The notes under the pieces are model-generated. The model was given only the letters and a program-made list of their open reading frames with translations. It searched no databases and was not told where the DNA came from. A stretch of DNA of 64,000 nt from Schizochytrium sp. TIO01 (Eukaryota > Protista > Bigyra: Labyrinthulomycetes), in assembly GCA_004764695.1 (NCBI GenBank), contig SMSO01000007.1, forward strand, positions 62,001-126,000, written 5' to 3'. This document shows positions 24,991 through 37,499 of the stretch, piece by piece; position 1 is the first letter of the stretch, and each line of letters starts with the position of its first letter. The position numbers and the translations under genes are program-made.

Positions 24991-25199
24991 TGGTTCAAGC
25001 TGTTGATTGACTTGTTCGAGAAGGCAAAACAAAGTTCAATTTCGATAAAGTGGGAAGGGGCAGCCTATTTTGTGACTGAGAGAGGTGGTGAGTTTAGAGA
25101 GGGCAGCGGTTTTATCCACTAGTAACACTACTACCTGGCAAGAAAGTGCCTGTTCACGAGAGGTGCAGAAAGGTTCTCCACTGACACACTAAAAAATCG

Positions 25200-26570
25200 T
25201 TCTGAGGGAAATTGAAAGCATTCACTCTAATCAATCTAAACACAAACCCTCCTGTCGAATTGAGAGAGGAACAATCATGTGCAAATCCTGCATAATTCCA
25301 GCTTAGCAGGACTATTAGAAAGTTGATCAAAGAAAGATTTTGCGTTTTGAGTTCAATCTTGTGGGTGTATCCACACTACCTTGTTGCAAGACTCTCTTCA
25401 AGCTCTTCGCAATCCACTGATTCCTTGGAAACAACGAAACAAGCGAGTTGCCTTAGCGAAAACTGCCATTCTTGAAAAAGTTTTGCAGACGCTGGATGGT
25501 AACGAGCGAGAGCCAAACAAGATCGGTTGGCAGCCAGATATGGCAACTTTTCGAAATCATTTTCTAACTATGATGGGAAACTACATATACAAGGGCCATT
25601 CTTTTAATGCCAACTAGTACCTGATACTTCAACACGACAAGAGATCGGTGTCCAGTTTCAAGAGCTAAATCTGAAATGCTGTAAGGCAAGGCAAATTTTG
25701 GTTACAAACAATCCAACGTACATTAGGAACCAATCAATTCACTCATGCCTCCGAAGCTATCAAGCGAGTCATGTAGAATGTTCTGCCAGACGTTGTCAAA
25801 GCAAAATTGATTCTCATGAGCGCAACAGAAGGAATCCTATTCCAATGCTCATTTACAAAAAAAAATTATTAAAAAAAGTAGCGTGTCTTCCCTTCACCTT
25901 GTGATTCTCGCTGACATCGTAAGCTTCCGCCCACAAGGAACGCGAGAAGAAAAAGAAGCTGTAGCAAATGCGCCACAATTCTAACCTCTGAGGCAGCTCA
26001 CGGCCCTTTTTTACAGGTTCCTACCTCTGAGAATCATTTAGTGAACCTAAACGAAGCGCGCCTCTTAACCTAAACACATAGGAGTATCGCATCGGTTAGG
26101 CGAGTAAAAACAACATTATACTTAGGCTCCAAGTTTTCACGAGAAGCCTTCGAAAAGGAACAAGAAACGAAACGAAAACAACTTCAAGACGAAGTGGTTT
26201 CCTTTTCGAAGGAGTTTGATTCCTTTCGAAGAAGTCTGAAGCAGAGCAGAACCTAAGACCTCCCGAATCGCGAGGTCTGAGAGAGCAAGCAGCACCGCAG
26301 TTTTGTCCAGCTGCAAGCACTGCAAGATGCCAGCTAAAGAAGAATAAAAGGAGCAATTTGATGATCTTCGAACATCCTTTTATAATTTTGAGACCTACTC
26401 TACAGATTGAAGGAATGACATTGAAAAGGTTGATCAACTTCGAAAGCAAACGAAAGCAAACTTCTGTAAACTCGGAAAGGCGATAGACGGACAATGGCGC
26501 TGCAAAAAGGTATGAACCAACTCGGACGGACGAATAAGAATAACAAGCCAATGGGTGGATGAACGAGAGA
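25200..26570 (+). pseudogene. Decayed ORF with coiled-coil-like segments
   Basis: Protein-like stretches (EAFEKEQETKRKQLQDEVVSFSKEFDSFRRSL; KEQFDDLRTSFYNFETY; NDIEKVDQLRKQ) broken by stops and frameshifts. Confidence 0.4.
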
Positions 26571-26880
26571 ACGAAACTGCATTTGTTTCGGCGGATCTCT
26601 AGAATCGCGATGGATGGAGTCGGCATCTCTCTAAACATTTAGCAGCAGTTTTATAATATAGAAAAAGAGCCACTCATTTCCCCCTTCCACTGATGGCAAA
26701 ACTAAAGCCAAACTCTTAGCTAGCTTGGCGCAAGAGCAACACAAGTCAACCTGAAATACCAAGCAGCGTCAAGAACGTCTTTGCAATCTGCTGAGGATTC
26801 ACGGTTTATGCTTTCCACTCGACTTGCGATGAGCTTGAAGGCAGCCAGTTCCTGTAAAGCGTCAAGTTCACTGTCGTGAT
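26570..26880 (-). mobile_element. Decayed hAT-superfamily transposase C-terminal (dimerisation-domain) fragment
   Basis: Minus strand reads LQELAAFK...DVLDAAWYF.../LAKSLALVLPSVEGGNEWLFFYIIKLLLNV*RDA. GAG TGG CTC TTT TTC is two C-to-T changes from ERLFS, with the usual P-x6-E spacing. Confidence 0.5.
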
Positions 26881-26940
26881 CCTTAATAAATCAAAAGGGA
26901 AAAGGAGCAAACTTTGGAATGAATGAATGAAAGGGCATCG

Positions 26941-26975
<35 letters not shown>

Positions 26976-27697
26976 TTATATATCATTTTATTATTTTTAT
27001 AATAATTAAACTTTAATATAAAAGAAAAGAAAAGAAAAATTATCTTGGTCCCCATCACCATCAAAAGGCGCGGCGCGCTTCCGCAACATCTCCGCAACAC
27101 CTTCGAAGAAGCTGTGGCTGCGGAGCTTCCCTCAGCCAGCCCCTTTATGCACCTCGAAGCAGCACCCGACACGATGGTGTGGGGGCTGTGGGAGTGCACC
27201 GCCGACCAGCCACCCAATCGCGCCTCCGAAGCTCCCTCCCGCAGGCGCCGCAGAGGGGCAGAGGCAGGCAGGAAGAAAGGGCCCGCAGGCAAGTGAAACA
27301 AATGAGCGCGCACAGTGGAACAAACTGCCATTGTTCACTTGTGGGGGGCGGCCACAAGTGAAACAAAGAGAGCTTCCACAGCGCAAGATCAAGCGATAGC
27401 ATGCATCTCAAACAGACAGTCAGACAGACAGACAGACAGACAGACAGACGATCGAAAACAATCAAACGTAAGAACGAACGAAGGAAACGAAGGGGAAACA
27501 ACCTACAACCAAGCAGCAGACGAGACGCCAAACAAATAAACCAACAATCATACATCAATACTTCACCCAACAGCCATGAATGAGGGTTTATTCTGTCTTC
27601 ACCTCACTCACTCCCTCACTTTCCGACAGTTAACATCTAAATGGAATGAATAAACAACAAACAGTTGAGCTCTGATTTTAATCTACCAATTGGTTAC

Positions 27698-27824
<127 letters not shown>

Positions 27825-28917
27825 AATTTCCCCATTACCTCCTGTTGACCCCAGAATGCCCGCGAGACCAAAGCAGAGAACAGCGACCGCGGTTTACGCA
27901 ACATCCTGTTCCAGCCATCCGCATCCACACCCTTCTCCGCTGGAGTCTTTGACTACCTGCCTTCTGCATTCTGGCATCAAACACCAAACAAACATCAAAC
28001 AAACATCAAACAAACATCAAACAAACAAACATCAAACAAACAGCGGTCATGTGTAGAGATAGATAGATACCTCATATGCAGAGAGAGAACATCGTCGCCA
28101 CGCGCGACGAATTGATCGGAAGCGAGAGGACCCGCTTTCACTCGACCAGCCATTTGCAGGTTGGCTTCTTTCTTCGCAGTTGACGGCGTGTTTGCTCGTT
28201 CTTTTGTCGCTCGTGGAATCGTTTGTTTGTTTGTTTGTTTGTTTGTTTGTTTGGTTGTTTGGTTGTTTGTTTGGTTGTTTGTTTGGTTGTTTGTTTGGTT
28301 GTCTGTTTGAGCAATTGACTGTTGTTTGCTTCTGCTAAGTCACTAATTAATTTGACTCGAGATGAGCACATGGATTGATAGATCGATAGATCGATCGATT
28401 GATGTGCGCATTCGCTCATCCGCACGGAGGTGGACGCTGTGGCATCGAAGAGGCGAAGACGCAACAGCAAACTCACAAGCGAGCCATGAAACGATGGGCA
28501 CAGCTGTCCGTGTGTATGTATGTATGTATGTATGTATGTATGTATGTATGAATGTATGTATGTATGTCTATAAATATAGTTTAATATTATATTATAGTTG
28601 AATATTATATTATAGTATATATGTATGTCTCCTCGACCATCCTAGAACCACACAAAAGCAGAAAGAGCTTTTGTGAAGGAGAGAGAAAGAGCCCATGAGA
28701 GGAACAGCGTCGTTGAGTTTCTTTTAAGCGGTAGCTAATGTAGACAGCTTTAGCAGGTAGGGGTAGTAAGCAGTTCGCAGGAACTAAAGTGAATGTTATT
28801 TGAGGGTTGTTTCTTTTTGGGGTATGAGAGAGAAAGCTGAGGAAGTATGCGTTTTCATTTAGAGTAAACTGTTTAATTCAATTTTTAATTAAAATAAGAA
28901 GTAAATAAGTAAATAAG

Positions 28918-28948
<31 letters not shown>

Positions 28949-29192
28949 ATGGGATTATGGTAAAAGAATTTGAAAAAAAGAAAGAAGAAAACGTCGAGAC
29001 AAAAAAACAGTGCCTCAGAGCTCACAAGGTGAGGCAAACAAAGCCGTAGCTCAAGCTCGGCGAAACAGCGGTGGTACCTACCCCGCGGTCGCAGGAAAGA
29101 GCTGCAGCAGAAGAGGTTCCAGGCAGCAGCAGCGGCTTCAGCGGCGGCGTCAAGAGCGACAGCAGCAGGCAGGAGCAACAGCCGCCAACACC

Positions 29193-31412
29193 ATGGAGCA
29201 CCACGGAGGGCGCCAGCGCAGGCCGCAACACCAATCGGCCGTCCCGCCGCAAGGACCAAGCAGGAGGTCAAACGCCGGCGAGTCCTCCTCGAACGGACCT
29301 GCAAGCTCCGGCAGTGGCTCCGGAGGCCACAGAAACAGCGCTAACAGCGGCGGTAGTGGTCACTTTGGCGGTAGCAACAACAGCGGCGGCAACACCAAAA
29401 ACAACAACAACAGCAACCACAGCACCAACAATAACCACAACAACAACAGCAACAGTAACAACAACTCCGGACAGAGGTCCTCATCGCGCAGATCGAGGTC
29501 AGCCCGGCGCGGAGGCAAGCGTACCGCCACCCAGCAGGAGGACTTCGCCGCTGAGGAGGGGCACAGCGGTACCAAGAAGAACCGCCAGGAGGACATCCGC
29601 GACAAGACTTACAGAGGAGCGCAAGACAGCGCAACCAAAGCCCACGGCAAGACGGATAATACGACAATGGAAGGTATTGAGAAGAATGACGATCAGGATA
29701 AGGATGACAAGCCCAGGTCCAAGTCAAAGGCGCACCTTTCGGAGCAGACCTTTGCGTCTTTGGATATCTTGCCCCAGACAAAGAAGGCACTGGCAGAGGT
29801 GCTCAAGTTCACCCATTTAACCAAGGTCCAGGCTGCCACTTTGCCAGAGGTGATGAAGGGCGGCGATGTGCTGGCGAAAGCAAAAACTGGCTCAGGAAAG
29901 ACGGTTGGCTTCATGTTGCCTACTATTGAGAACATTGCCAAGAAGAAGCAGGCTCCCTCGCCCGCCATTCAGTGCGTGGTCATTGCACCGACAAGAGATC
30001 TGGCGATCCAAGTGTACGAAGAGGCAAAGGCACTGGCTACGTACCACTCGCACGTGTCCATGGCATGTATCGTTGGAGGTATCAACAAGAACAAGGACCT
30101 CAGACGCTTTGACAGCAACATCGACATCCTTATCGCCACGCCTGGACGTCTCCAGGACCACCTTGCCACCACCTCAGGTTTCGCAGACCGCATGCGTTCC
30201 CTCGAAGTCCTCATCCTCGACGAGGCTGACCGTCTCCTCGACATGGGCTTCCGCCCCGACATCGAGCGAATCCTCGGATACCTGCCCAAGTCTCGCCAGA
30301 CGCTCCTCTTTAGTGCAACATATCCTACGAGTCTCGAGCCCATCGTCAAATTCGCGCTCAAGGAGGACTTTAAGCTCATTGACACGATCGGTGAAGAGTC
30401 TACGCAGACCAATGCTCAGGTTACGCAAAAGTCCACCATTGTAAGCCAGGAAATGCACCCCCACGTGCTGTACTGGCTGCTCCACGATCACATGGAGCAG
30501 ATGAGCAAGACGCCCGAGGGCTACAAGGTGATGGTCTTCTTCCCTACGGCGCGCATCGTCGGCTTCTGGGCACAGATCTTCAACCATATCGGTGTGCGTG
30601 TACTAGAAATGCACAGCCGCAAGTCACAGGCCCAGCGCGGCAAGCTTGTCACTGAGTTCCGTTCTGGTAAGAACCTTATCATGTTCTCCAGTGATGTCTC
30701 TGCACGCGGACTTGACTTTGAGGGTGTTACTCTTATCCTGCAAATGGGGCTCACTGACCGCGAACAGTACATTCACCGTCTCGGACGTACTGCTCGTGCT
30801 GGTCAGGGCGGCCAAGGCATCCTGGTCCTAGCACCCTTCGAACGCAAGTTCCTCAACGAGCTCAAGGACCTGCCTGTTGAGGCCATCGATGGCGAGGCTC
30901 TTGAGGCCCGCGGCCAGGCAGCTCCTGTTACTAAGGCTTTGCAGGACGTCGAGCGCGATGTCAACCTTTTCCTTGCCGCAGAATCCGCATACCGCACTTT
31001 TCTTGGATTCTACATCAACAAGACCAAAGCTCTTGGTAAGTCCCGCTCCGAACTTATTCAGCAGGCCAACACCTGGTCCGCTGACGCAGGTCTTACTCGT
31101 GTGCCCGAACTCGAGGCCAAGACAGCTGGCAAAATGGGCCTCAAGGGCAGCACCGAGGTAAACATTCATGGCAAACGTTTCTACAACACTCCTGATACCC
31201 GTCCTATTGCTGCTACTGCAGCACAGGGATCCAGCAATGGTCCAAGTGGCCAGCACCAAGGAGGTGGCGCATCAAGGATGTCATCGTCGTCAAGCGGCAA
31301 TCGTGGTGGTCGCCGTGGAGGCCACGGTGGTGGTGCTCGTAGTGGCGGTGGAAACCAAGGCTTCCGCGGGGGCCGTGGAGGCCGTGGTAACTCTGGTAGA
31401 TTTAGTAATTGA
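29193..31412 (+). CDS. MSS116: DEAD-box RNA helicase, Mss116/CYT-19-like, with low-complexity N-terminus and RGG-rich C-tail
   Basis: Motifs AKAKTGSGKT, PTRDLA, TPGRL, DEAD, SAT, SDVSARGLD, HRLGRTAR. First ATG is 29193; the ORF track opens at a GTG at 29010. Subfamily call is less certain than the family. Confidence 0.9.
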   Translation: MEHHGGRQRRPQHQSAVPPQGPSRRSNAGESSSNGPASSGSGSGGHRNSANSGGSGHFGGSNNSGGNTKNNNNSNHSTNNNHNNNSNSNNNSGQRSSSRRSRSARRGGKRTATQQEDFAAEEGHSGTKKNRQEDIRDKTYRGAQDSATKAHGKTDNTTMEGIEKNDDQDKDDKPRSKSKAHLSEQTFASLDILPQTKKALAEVLKFTHLTKVQAATLPEVMKGGDVLAKAKTGSGKTVGFMLPTIENIAKKKQAPSPAIQCVVIAPTRDLAIQVYEEAKALATYHSHVSMACIVGGINKNKDLRRFDSNIDILIATPGRLQDHLATTSGFADRMRSLEVLILDEADRLLDMGFRPDIERILGYLPKSRQTLLFSATYPTSLEPIVKFALKEDFKLIDTIGEESTQTNAQVTQKSTIVSQEMHPHVLYWLLHDHMEQMSKTPEGYKVMVFFPTARIVGFWAQIFNHIGVRVLEMHSRKSQAQRGKLVTEFRSGKNLIMFSSDVSARGLDFEGVTLILQMGLTDREQYIHRLGRTARAGQGGQGILVLAPFERKFLNELKDLPVEAIDGEALEARGQAAPVTKALQDVERDVNLFLAAESAYRTFLGFYINKTKALGKSRSELIQQANTWSADAGLTRVPELEAKTAGKMGLKGSTEVNIHGKRFYNTPDTRPIAATAAQGSSNGPSGQHQGGGASRMSSSSSGNRGGRRGGHGGGARSGGGNQGFRGGRGGRGNSGRFSN

Positions 31413-33123
31413 TTCAACACGCATATCGAAGGTTATGGGCTCCACCAGCGAACGATTACAAGCAAACTAGCAATTTAATTAGCATTGTCTCGCGAGTGGA
31501 ATTTCTCCCTTTGCTCTTCGTTTTGCACAAAACTCTTTCCCCCCCGCTTAAAACACACACACCCACTCTTATTCTCTCCCTTCCTCCCCCCCTCTTCTCT
31601 TTATTTCTCTCTCTATCTGGTCATTCCAATATCGATTTGTAGGTATTCATCTGAATTACATGTTTACTTTCTTTTGCTGTACTCAATTTTCTTCGAGGCG
31701 GTACTCATCGCTTTTATCCCCTCACTCTTTTTACTTGAACTGTGCACCCTCTGGGTTTTGTATGGCCACACAGGACACTGAACGTTCAGTGACCTGATCA
31801 AATATAGCACTTGCTTACTCTTCCTGCTTTTTAGCAAGACCTCCTTCTGAACTCCTCAGGTCAAGCGCTACGAAACTTGCACGCCAACGTCCCTCTTTCT
31901 TGGTGCAACCACAGACCACCACATTGCGAAGTTGTGGTGGCGGAGAAAAGAAACACCTTTCCGAGCTGCCCAACAGTATTCTTTTGGTGAATGTTGTTAA
32001 TGGCGTAATGACATCCACCTCTTACTACTACTACACCACCTTCCAGCTAGCAACACAATATCCAGGCATCTTCAAAGTTGCGTCTGGGGTGATTAAATTC
32101 CCCCAGCACCGACGGTTGGCGGGGATTACCGTGCTGAGAAATGCAAACATGATGAAAGGAACTGTGAGTATTCCAAGACACAACAACAGTTTTGGTTTCG
32201 CCTCTTTTCCTTACTGTAAAGTATTGCTGTCGAGGTACCAGGCGCCTACCTTTCGAAGCGACTAAGGCACTCGTCCGAGGCTCTCCCTGCACCAGAGCAA
32301 TCAATATCTTCGTCTACTGAAAGTCACAGGCGACGGCCATTTTATACAGCAAACGAAAATACTCGTGTTGCTGATCACCCCTGAACAGAGAGAGAGAGCC
32401 CTTTCATTACTTTCCTAATTTTTTCAGTCAATAAATAAAAACATTAAAACAAATAAAATAAAAGCATGAAACACTTGCGTTCCCCCCTCCAGCGAGCAAA
32501 AGCTTCTAAAGCTGTGACATGGTACCAAGAACCTACCAAGTAGTCTTTACAGCAAAGCCCTCAGCTTTGGCAATCATGTTTCACTTCATTTTTTTGGTTT
32601 CTAGCACGGCCTATGTTGGTACACACTGCACAACAGGAGTTCAAGAAACCGTGACCGCAAAAGCCGAAGGCACAAGAAGCTAGCTGCTGAACATGGCCCT
32701 CGCCATCGAAAAGTGTGGAGAATAGCAGCACAAATAGGAACAAGAGGACTAGGTACCGATTTACAAAACCATCTCTGAGATTTAGAACAGAGATCGTTTC
32801 GAGCTATGGTAGCATTGGTAAGCGGCGTTGTGGTACTTTATCAATTCATAACTCTCAGTGGCAACTTGAGACAAGACATACAGGTTCATTTTTGCAACAC
32901 TAGTACACGTACTAGTACTAGTAGTACCTACATAGAGTGTATAGAAAAATATCTTTTGCTAGTTAAATTTGACTGGGCAAAAAGCGTGAGACAAACGTGT
33001 TTTTCTCCTCTCCTTTTACTAATTGAAGATCATAGGGCGTCGCTTGTGACTGCCTTTTCCTTCCATACATGTACAGTGTTTTTCAAGTCCTAACAGAACT
33101 CACATCCAGCCTTTTCTTTCCTA

Positions 33124-36100
33124 TTACTGGTGCTGTTGAGCGGCAACAAGAGCTTCCAGTTGACGCCGGAAGGATTGCCGGATAGTTTCCTGTTCGCTCC
33201 GGAGCTCATCAAGCTCTTCCTGGGTTTCGCCAAACATTTCCAACAACACTTCATGTTGATCTGTTTTCTCCTCCAGTTCTTTCCGAAGAGTGGCAACTTC
33301 CTTAGCCAAAGCAGACGCCTTGCGAGCGCGCTCGCTAACTCGGACAAGCTCTTCAGATAGAGCATCTCTTGCACGTTCAATTGAACTGATTTGCTCTTTC
33401 AACCCCTCAATCTGTCCCTCCTTTTGGTGCACCTGCGCACGCAACTGCTGTACATGAACAAGTGATGGAGTTCCATGCATAGGATATTCTTCCATTGGTG
33501 GCGCAGGTGCTTGAGAGCTTGACTCAGTATTGAGGTCTCCTCCCAGGTTGAGGTCTGCAAGAATACTTTCCTGCGTGCGTGGACCACCACCGCCTGGCAT
33601 GCTCAGAGCAGAACCCGCAATGCTAGTTGCATCGTCTCCGAGGTGAAAGTCACTTGCAGTACGAGAAGATGCACTACGATGTAGAAGATGTGAAGTACGA
33701 GCGTGCGACTCAAAGTCTACAATCTTCCGCTCTAGTCGATCACGAGCCTCTTCATGTAACCTAGTCAAGTCTGCAACTTCTTGTTCATGGCGCTCTTCTG
33801 CCATTGCCATGGCACGGCGCAACTTAGTTTCCCCAGCCTTGATCTCATCAATGCGTTTGCTATGTTGGTCTCGAACTGACTCGAGCTGGGCAAGGAGGGC
33901 TTCGTTCTCGCGCTCCGCCGAGTTCAAGCGGTCCTTAACACTACGTAGTTGCGCTTCCATACGGGACTTTTCGGAGGCAGCACCATCCAAGGAGGCCTGC
34001 AGCTCAGCCAATCGCAATTGCATGTCACTCCGCGCTGCTTCTGCTTGCTGTCTTGCAGCTCGGGCTGCACTTTCAGCCTGTTCAGATGCTAAAAGTCGGG
34101 CCATGATTGAGGAGTGAGCAGACTCGTAAGAATTGCGTTGAGTCTGGTTGGAGGACTCAAGAGCTTCAATTTGCCGCAGTAAAGGGCGCGTGGCCTTGGC
34201 AGAGTTTGACACAAGATCCTCATTTCGCTTTTCTGCAAGTTGAAGCTGATGTTTCAGAGACTTGATCTCAGAGCGCAAGTGCTCTTCGGTCAAGGATTGT
34301 TGAGATCCTTGCTCTTCCATAGCCTTTTGCATATCTGCAACATTCCTTTCCATCACTGATGCAACATCATTGCGCACCTGAGTTGAACTGATCTGTTCTT
34401 TTAACTGGTGGCGGAGCTTTTCTTGCTCCACCCGGGCAGTATTCAAGTCTTGCTTAACAGCACTCGTCTCGCGTTTATGCTCTGAAACTTCCTTCCATGC
34501 TTCATCAAGAGAAGCTGTGAGGTGTTGAATCCGTGAGGCTTGCTCCTCAATCTTGGTTTGAGCCTCGCTAAATTTGCGCGCTACATCGGCACTTGACGAT
34601 GCCTTATCAGACCAAGAACTCAGCTCCTTCTTGTGCCGATCTTCAGCAGCCCTAAGCTCCTCGCGCAATGATGTGCAAGTTTCCTCGGACTGAGCAAGCT
34701 TAGTTTTCAAGGCTTGACTTTCAGCCTCGGCAGCGCGTTTTTCCTCGCGCATCTTCTTCAAATTTTGTTCAACTGTGCCCATGCGTTTTGAAAGGGCCAT
34801 ACCTTCTGCCATGAGGGCTTCATGTTTGCTGACAGCTTCTTTCATACGTTCATCGGCAGATCGTGCGCGCTGTTCTGCCTTACGCAAAGCATCTTGCAGA
34901 GACTTTTGGCTTGATTGTTTCCCTTCAGCTTGCATCTGATATCTGCGCGAAGCCTCTTCGGTTTCTGACAGTTGCGCTTTCAGCTTGCTTAGCTCTTCCT
35001 GGAGATGCGTGTTTTCCGACATGAGAGAAGATGATTGTTCAAGTGTCGATTCCAGTTGCCGCTCCCGTGCCTCAAGAACATGCTGCAGCCTCTCGATTTC
35101 GGCACGATGTGCTTCATCTGGTCCAGAGCTTAGGATTGGGGCTTCGAGTATCTCTGATTGTACATTAGCTCCTTCGGTTGGAGCTGGTTTAATATGAGCA
35201 GAGCTATCGTTCTCAATTTCTCCATTGGTACTTTGGGGTTCATCCTCCTCGTTTTCTTCTCCATCCCCTTCATTTCCTTCTTCTACTTCAAGATTTGATT
35301 GAGACGCGTCTTCCATTTCTTCGCTTCCTGGTAGTGCCTCTTTCTCAGCAAATGCATCTTCCGTGGTTGCTGAGTTGTCAGTGTAATGATGTTCATGATT
35401 TACTTGATGAGTCAATCCAGACTCCACTTCAAGAGTTGTCTCCTCACCTTCAACAATAGCACCATTCTTCTCCACATCGTGGTTATTCAGTTCTTGACAG
35501 TCACCAGACAAATTCTTGGCCTCATCCTCCGTGTGCTCTACAGATTCCTCTTCAGCAACACTATTATTGTCGCCTGAGTTGGCATCCGAGTCTTCTTTTT
35601 GCTGAGTTTGCTCGCTTTGATTTTGGGCATCCTCATCGTCAGTAAGCCCAGTGTGAATCTCATCTTCTTGGTCATCCCAGCCGTCGCCTTCAACTTCTAT
35701 GGGACTTTCCTCTTGTGGGAGACCTGATTCTTGATCCTCTACTGCCGTATCGTCTTCTGGAGTCTTCGGAGAATCTTTGGCTGCCTCCTCGCTCTCCTCA
35801 GCAGCCTCTTCTTCGATGTGCATTCTTGCTGCGGTTTCATCCTGTTCTTGCCCTTGCTCCTGCTCTTCATCTTCCATTAATGAAGGATCATGGTCTTGCA
35901 CCTCAGTCTCCTCCTCCCTTTGACCCAGTTCCTCAACTGTCGCCACTTCTTGGGGTGAGTTTTGAACTTCATCAATATCGTCCAGGTCGATGCTGTCATC
36001 GTCAGCATCTCCCCAACCATCTTGAGATGCTGTCCTAGGAAGTTCATCTTCCTTCTGAATATTTTCACCTTGGGCAGAATCTCCCGCCTGATGTTCTCCG

Positions 36101-36804
36101 TGATCTTTAACACCACTCACAAGGATATTGTCTTGGTCTTCACTGTCGCCAGAATTATCTCCATCATCTTGATCTTGATGCTGTTCATCATGGTGAAATG
36201 CTGTCGTTTCGGAGCTCTCTGCTGCGTTGGTGACACCATCCTCACCTTCCTGGTCAATATCTAGCTCGAGGTCATCCTCTTCATCCCATCCCGACCCAGC
36301 ATCCTCGTTGGCAGCTGCAGTAGTTGCAGCAGTAGAGGGTTCTGTGTCCTGGCCAGCTTCTCTCAGATTCTCATTATTTTCATGTGAAAGTTGTGTTCCT
36401 TCCTCAGCTCGTTCTTTGTCAAGACTCTCATCCTGAGAATTATTTTCCGGATTAGATTTAAGTTTGACGGCACTTTCATTGCTATCTCCGTTCTCGTTTT
36501 TGGCGACCGAACGGTCGTCTTCGACGCCTCCAGCAGCAATTTCATCTTTGCCAGCACCACTTTCTTCGTGATCTCCATTTGCACTGCTATCTTTTGCATC
36601 TCCATCTCTACCGTCAACACCCGCGTTGTCGATGACTTCGCTAGTGTCTTTGTTGTTGCTATTGTAGTCTGCGCTGTTATCGTTGCTGTTGTCATCCTCG
36701 CTGACGCCTACGGCCTCGTCAAGCTGCTTCTCGAGGTTCTCCTTGAAGGCGTTGGCCTGGGCGATCACATTGCCCAGGCTAGACCAGGACGAGCCCCAGT
36801 CCAT
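33124..36804 (-). CDS. TMF1: Golgin TMF1/Sgm1 (TATA element modulatory factor) homologue
   Basis: Long coiled coil with ATRPLLRQIEAL signature; C-terminal TMF-type domain (QKEGQI...RDALSEELV...LLEMFGETQEELDELR); Trp-containing N-terminal helix; acidic disordered region. Confidence 0.88.
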   Translation of the reverse strand: MDWGSSWSSLGNVIAQANAFKENLEKQLDEAVGVSEDDNSNDNSADYNSNNKDTSEVIDNAGVDGRDGDAKDSSANGDHEESGAGKDEIAAGGVEDDRSVAKNENGDSNESAVKLKSNPENNSQDESLDKERAEEGTQLSHENNENLREAGQDTEPSTAATTAAANEDAGSGWDEEDDLELDIDQEGEDGVTNAAESSETTAFHHDEQHQDQDDGDNSGDSEDQDNILVSGVKDHGEHQAGDSAQGENIQKEDELPRTASQDGWGDADDDSIDLDDIDEVQNSPQEVATVEELGQREEETEVQDHDPSLMEDEEQEQGQEQDETAARMHIEEEAAEESEEAAKDSPKTPEDDTAVEDQESGLPQEESPIEVEGDGWDDQEDEIHTGLTDDEDAQNQSEQTQQKEDSDANSGDNNSVAEEESVEHTEDEAKNLSGDCQELNNHDVEKNGAIVEGEETTLEVESGLTHQVNHEHHYTDNSATTEDAFAEKEALPGSEEMEDASQSNLEVEEGNEGDGEENEEDEPQSTNGEIENDSSAHIKPAPTEGANVQSEILEAPILSSGPDEAHRAEIERLQHVLEARERQLESTLEQSSSLMSENTHLQEELSKLKAQLSETEEASRRYQMQAEGKQSSQKSLQDALRKAEQRARSADERMKEAVSKHEALMAEGMALSKRMGTVEQNLKKMREEKRAAEAESQALKTKLAQSEETCTSLREELRAAEDRHKKELSSWSDKASSSADVARKFSEAQTKIEEQASRIQHLTASLDEAWKEVSEHKRETSAVKQDLNTARVEQEKLRHQLKEQISSTQVRNDVASVMERNVADMQKAMEEQGSQQSLTEEHLRSEIKSLKHQLQLAEKRNEDLVSNSAKATRPLLRQIEALESSNQTQRNSYESAHSSIMARLLASEQAESAARAARQQAEAARSDMQLRLAELQASLDGAASEKSRMEAQLRSVKDRLNSAERENEALLAQLESVRDQHSKRIDEIKAGETKLRRAMAMAEERHEQEVADLTRLHEEARDRLERKIVDFESHARTSHLLHRSASSRTASDFHLGDDATSIAGSALSMPGGGGPRTQESILADLNLGGDLNTESSSQAPAPPMEEYPMHGTPSLVHVQQLRAQVHQKEGQIEGLKEQISSIERARDALSEELVRVSERARKASALAKEVATLRKELEEKTDQHEVLLEMFGETQEELDELRSEQETIRQSFRRQLEALVAAQQHQ

Positions 36805-36946
36805 CGTCCCCGAGTCCCCTCGCGCCCGCAGAGTCTACTACGGTCCCTCGCGCGGCCGTCTATGGGCCTTGCCAGGTCATTGCCGATCTGCCATATCCTA
36901 TCTCTTTGGTCTTATCCGCATCGTCTTCAGAGAACCTCTTCAACAC

Positions 36947-37130
36947 AAACAAACAAACAAACAAACAAACAAACAAACAAACAAACAAACAAACAAACAA
37001 TTACAAACAAACGAAGTGAAACAATAAAGTGAAACAAACAAACAAACAAAGTGAAACAAAGTGAAACAAAGTGAAACAAAGTGAAACAAAGTGAAACAAA
37101 CAAACAATTACAAACAATTACAAACAAACA
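36947..37130. repeat. (AAAC)n tract plus (GTGAAACAAA)5 minisatellite upstream of TMF1
   Basis: AAAC tract 36947-36998; 10-bp unit x5 at 37051-37100. Confidence 0.95.
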
Positions 37131-37499
37131 AACAGAAAGAGTGACTTTATTGATTCGCCTAGCACTCGCTACCCACCTGCTACGAGGTTGAGATAGATAG
37201 ATATTCGAAATGATTGTTGAATTTATCGAATACGACGAAGAAAAGAGAAATGCGAAAGCGGAGAATAACCAAGGCTGCACGAAGAAAACACCGAAAGATT
37301 GGCCAGACTGCATTACGCATTTATGAAGTTTAAACCAAACGTAGCACCTTGCAGGCTATTTCTGCGTTCAACGATGCATGTCGTGATTGTGCTGCTATGC
37401 CGATTAGTCGATGGCCTTCGACTTTATTCTTTCTTCCTCTTTAAGATTTTCTTCTAAGCCTCTCCGGTTTACTCTACTTTGCGCAAATAGAGAGTTAAA

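Noticed and set aside
29010-29192. GTG-initiated N-terminal extension of the helicase (also non-ATG starts at 44170, 48930 and 55539)
   Set aside because: The ORF track uses bacterial-style alternative starts; the first in-frame ATG is preferred in a eukaryote
31815-33093. Short ORFs between the helicase and TMF1
   Set aside because: Mostly non-ATG starts, no motifs, strand ambiguous
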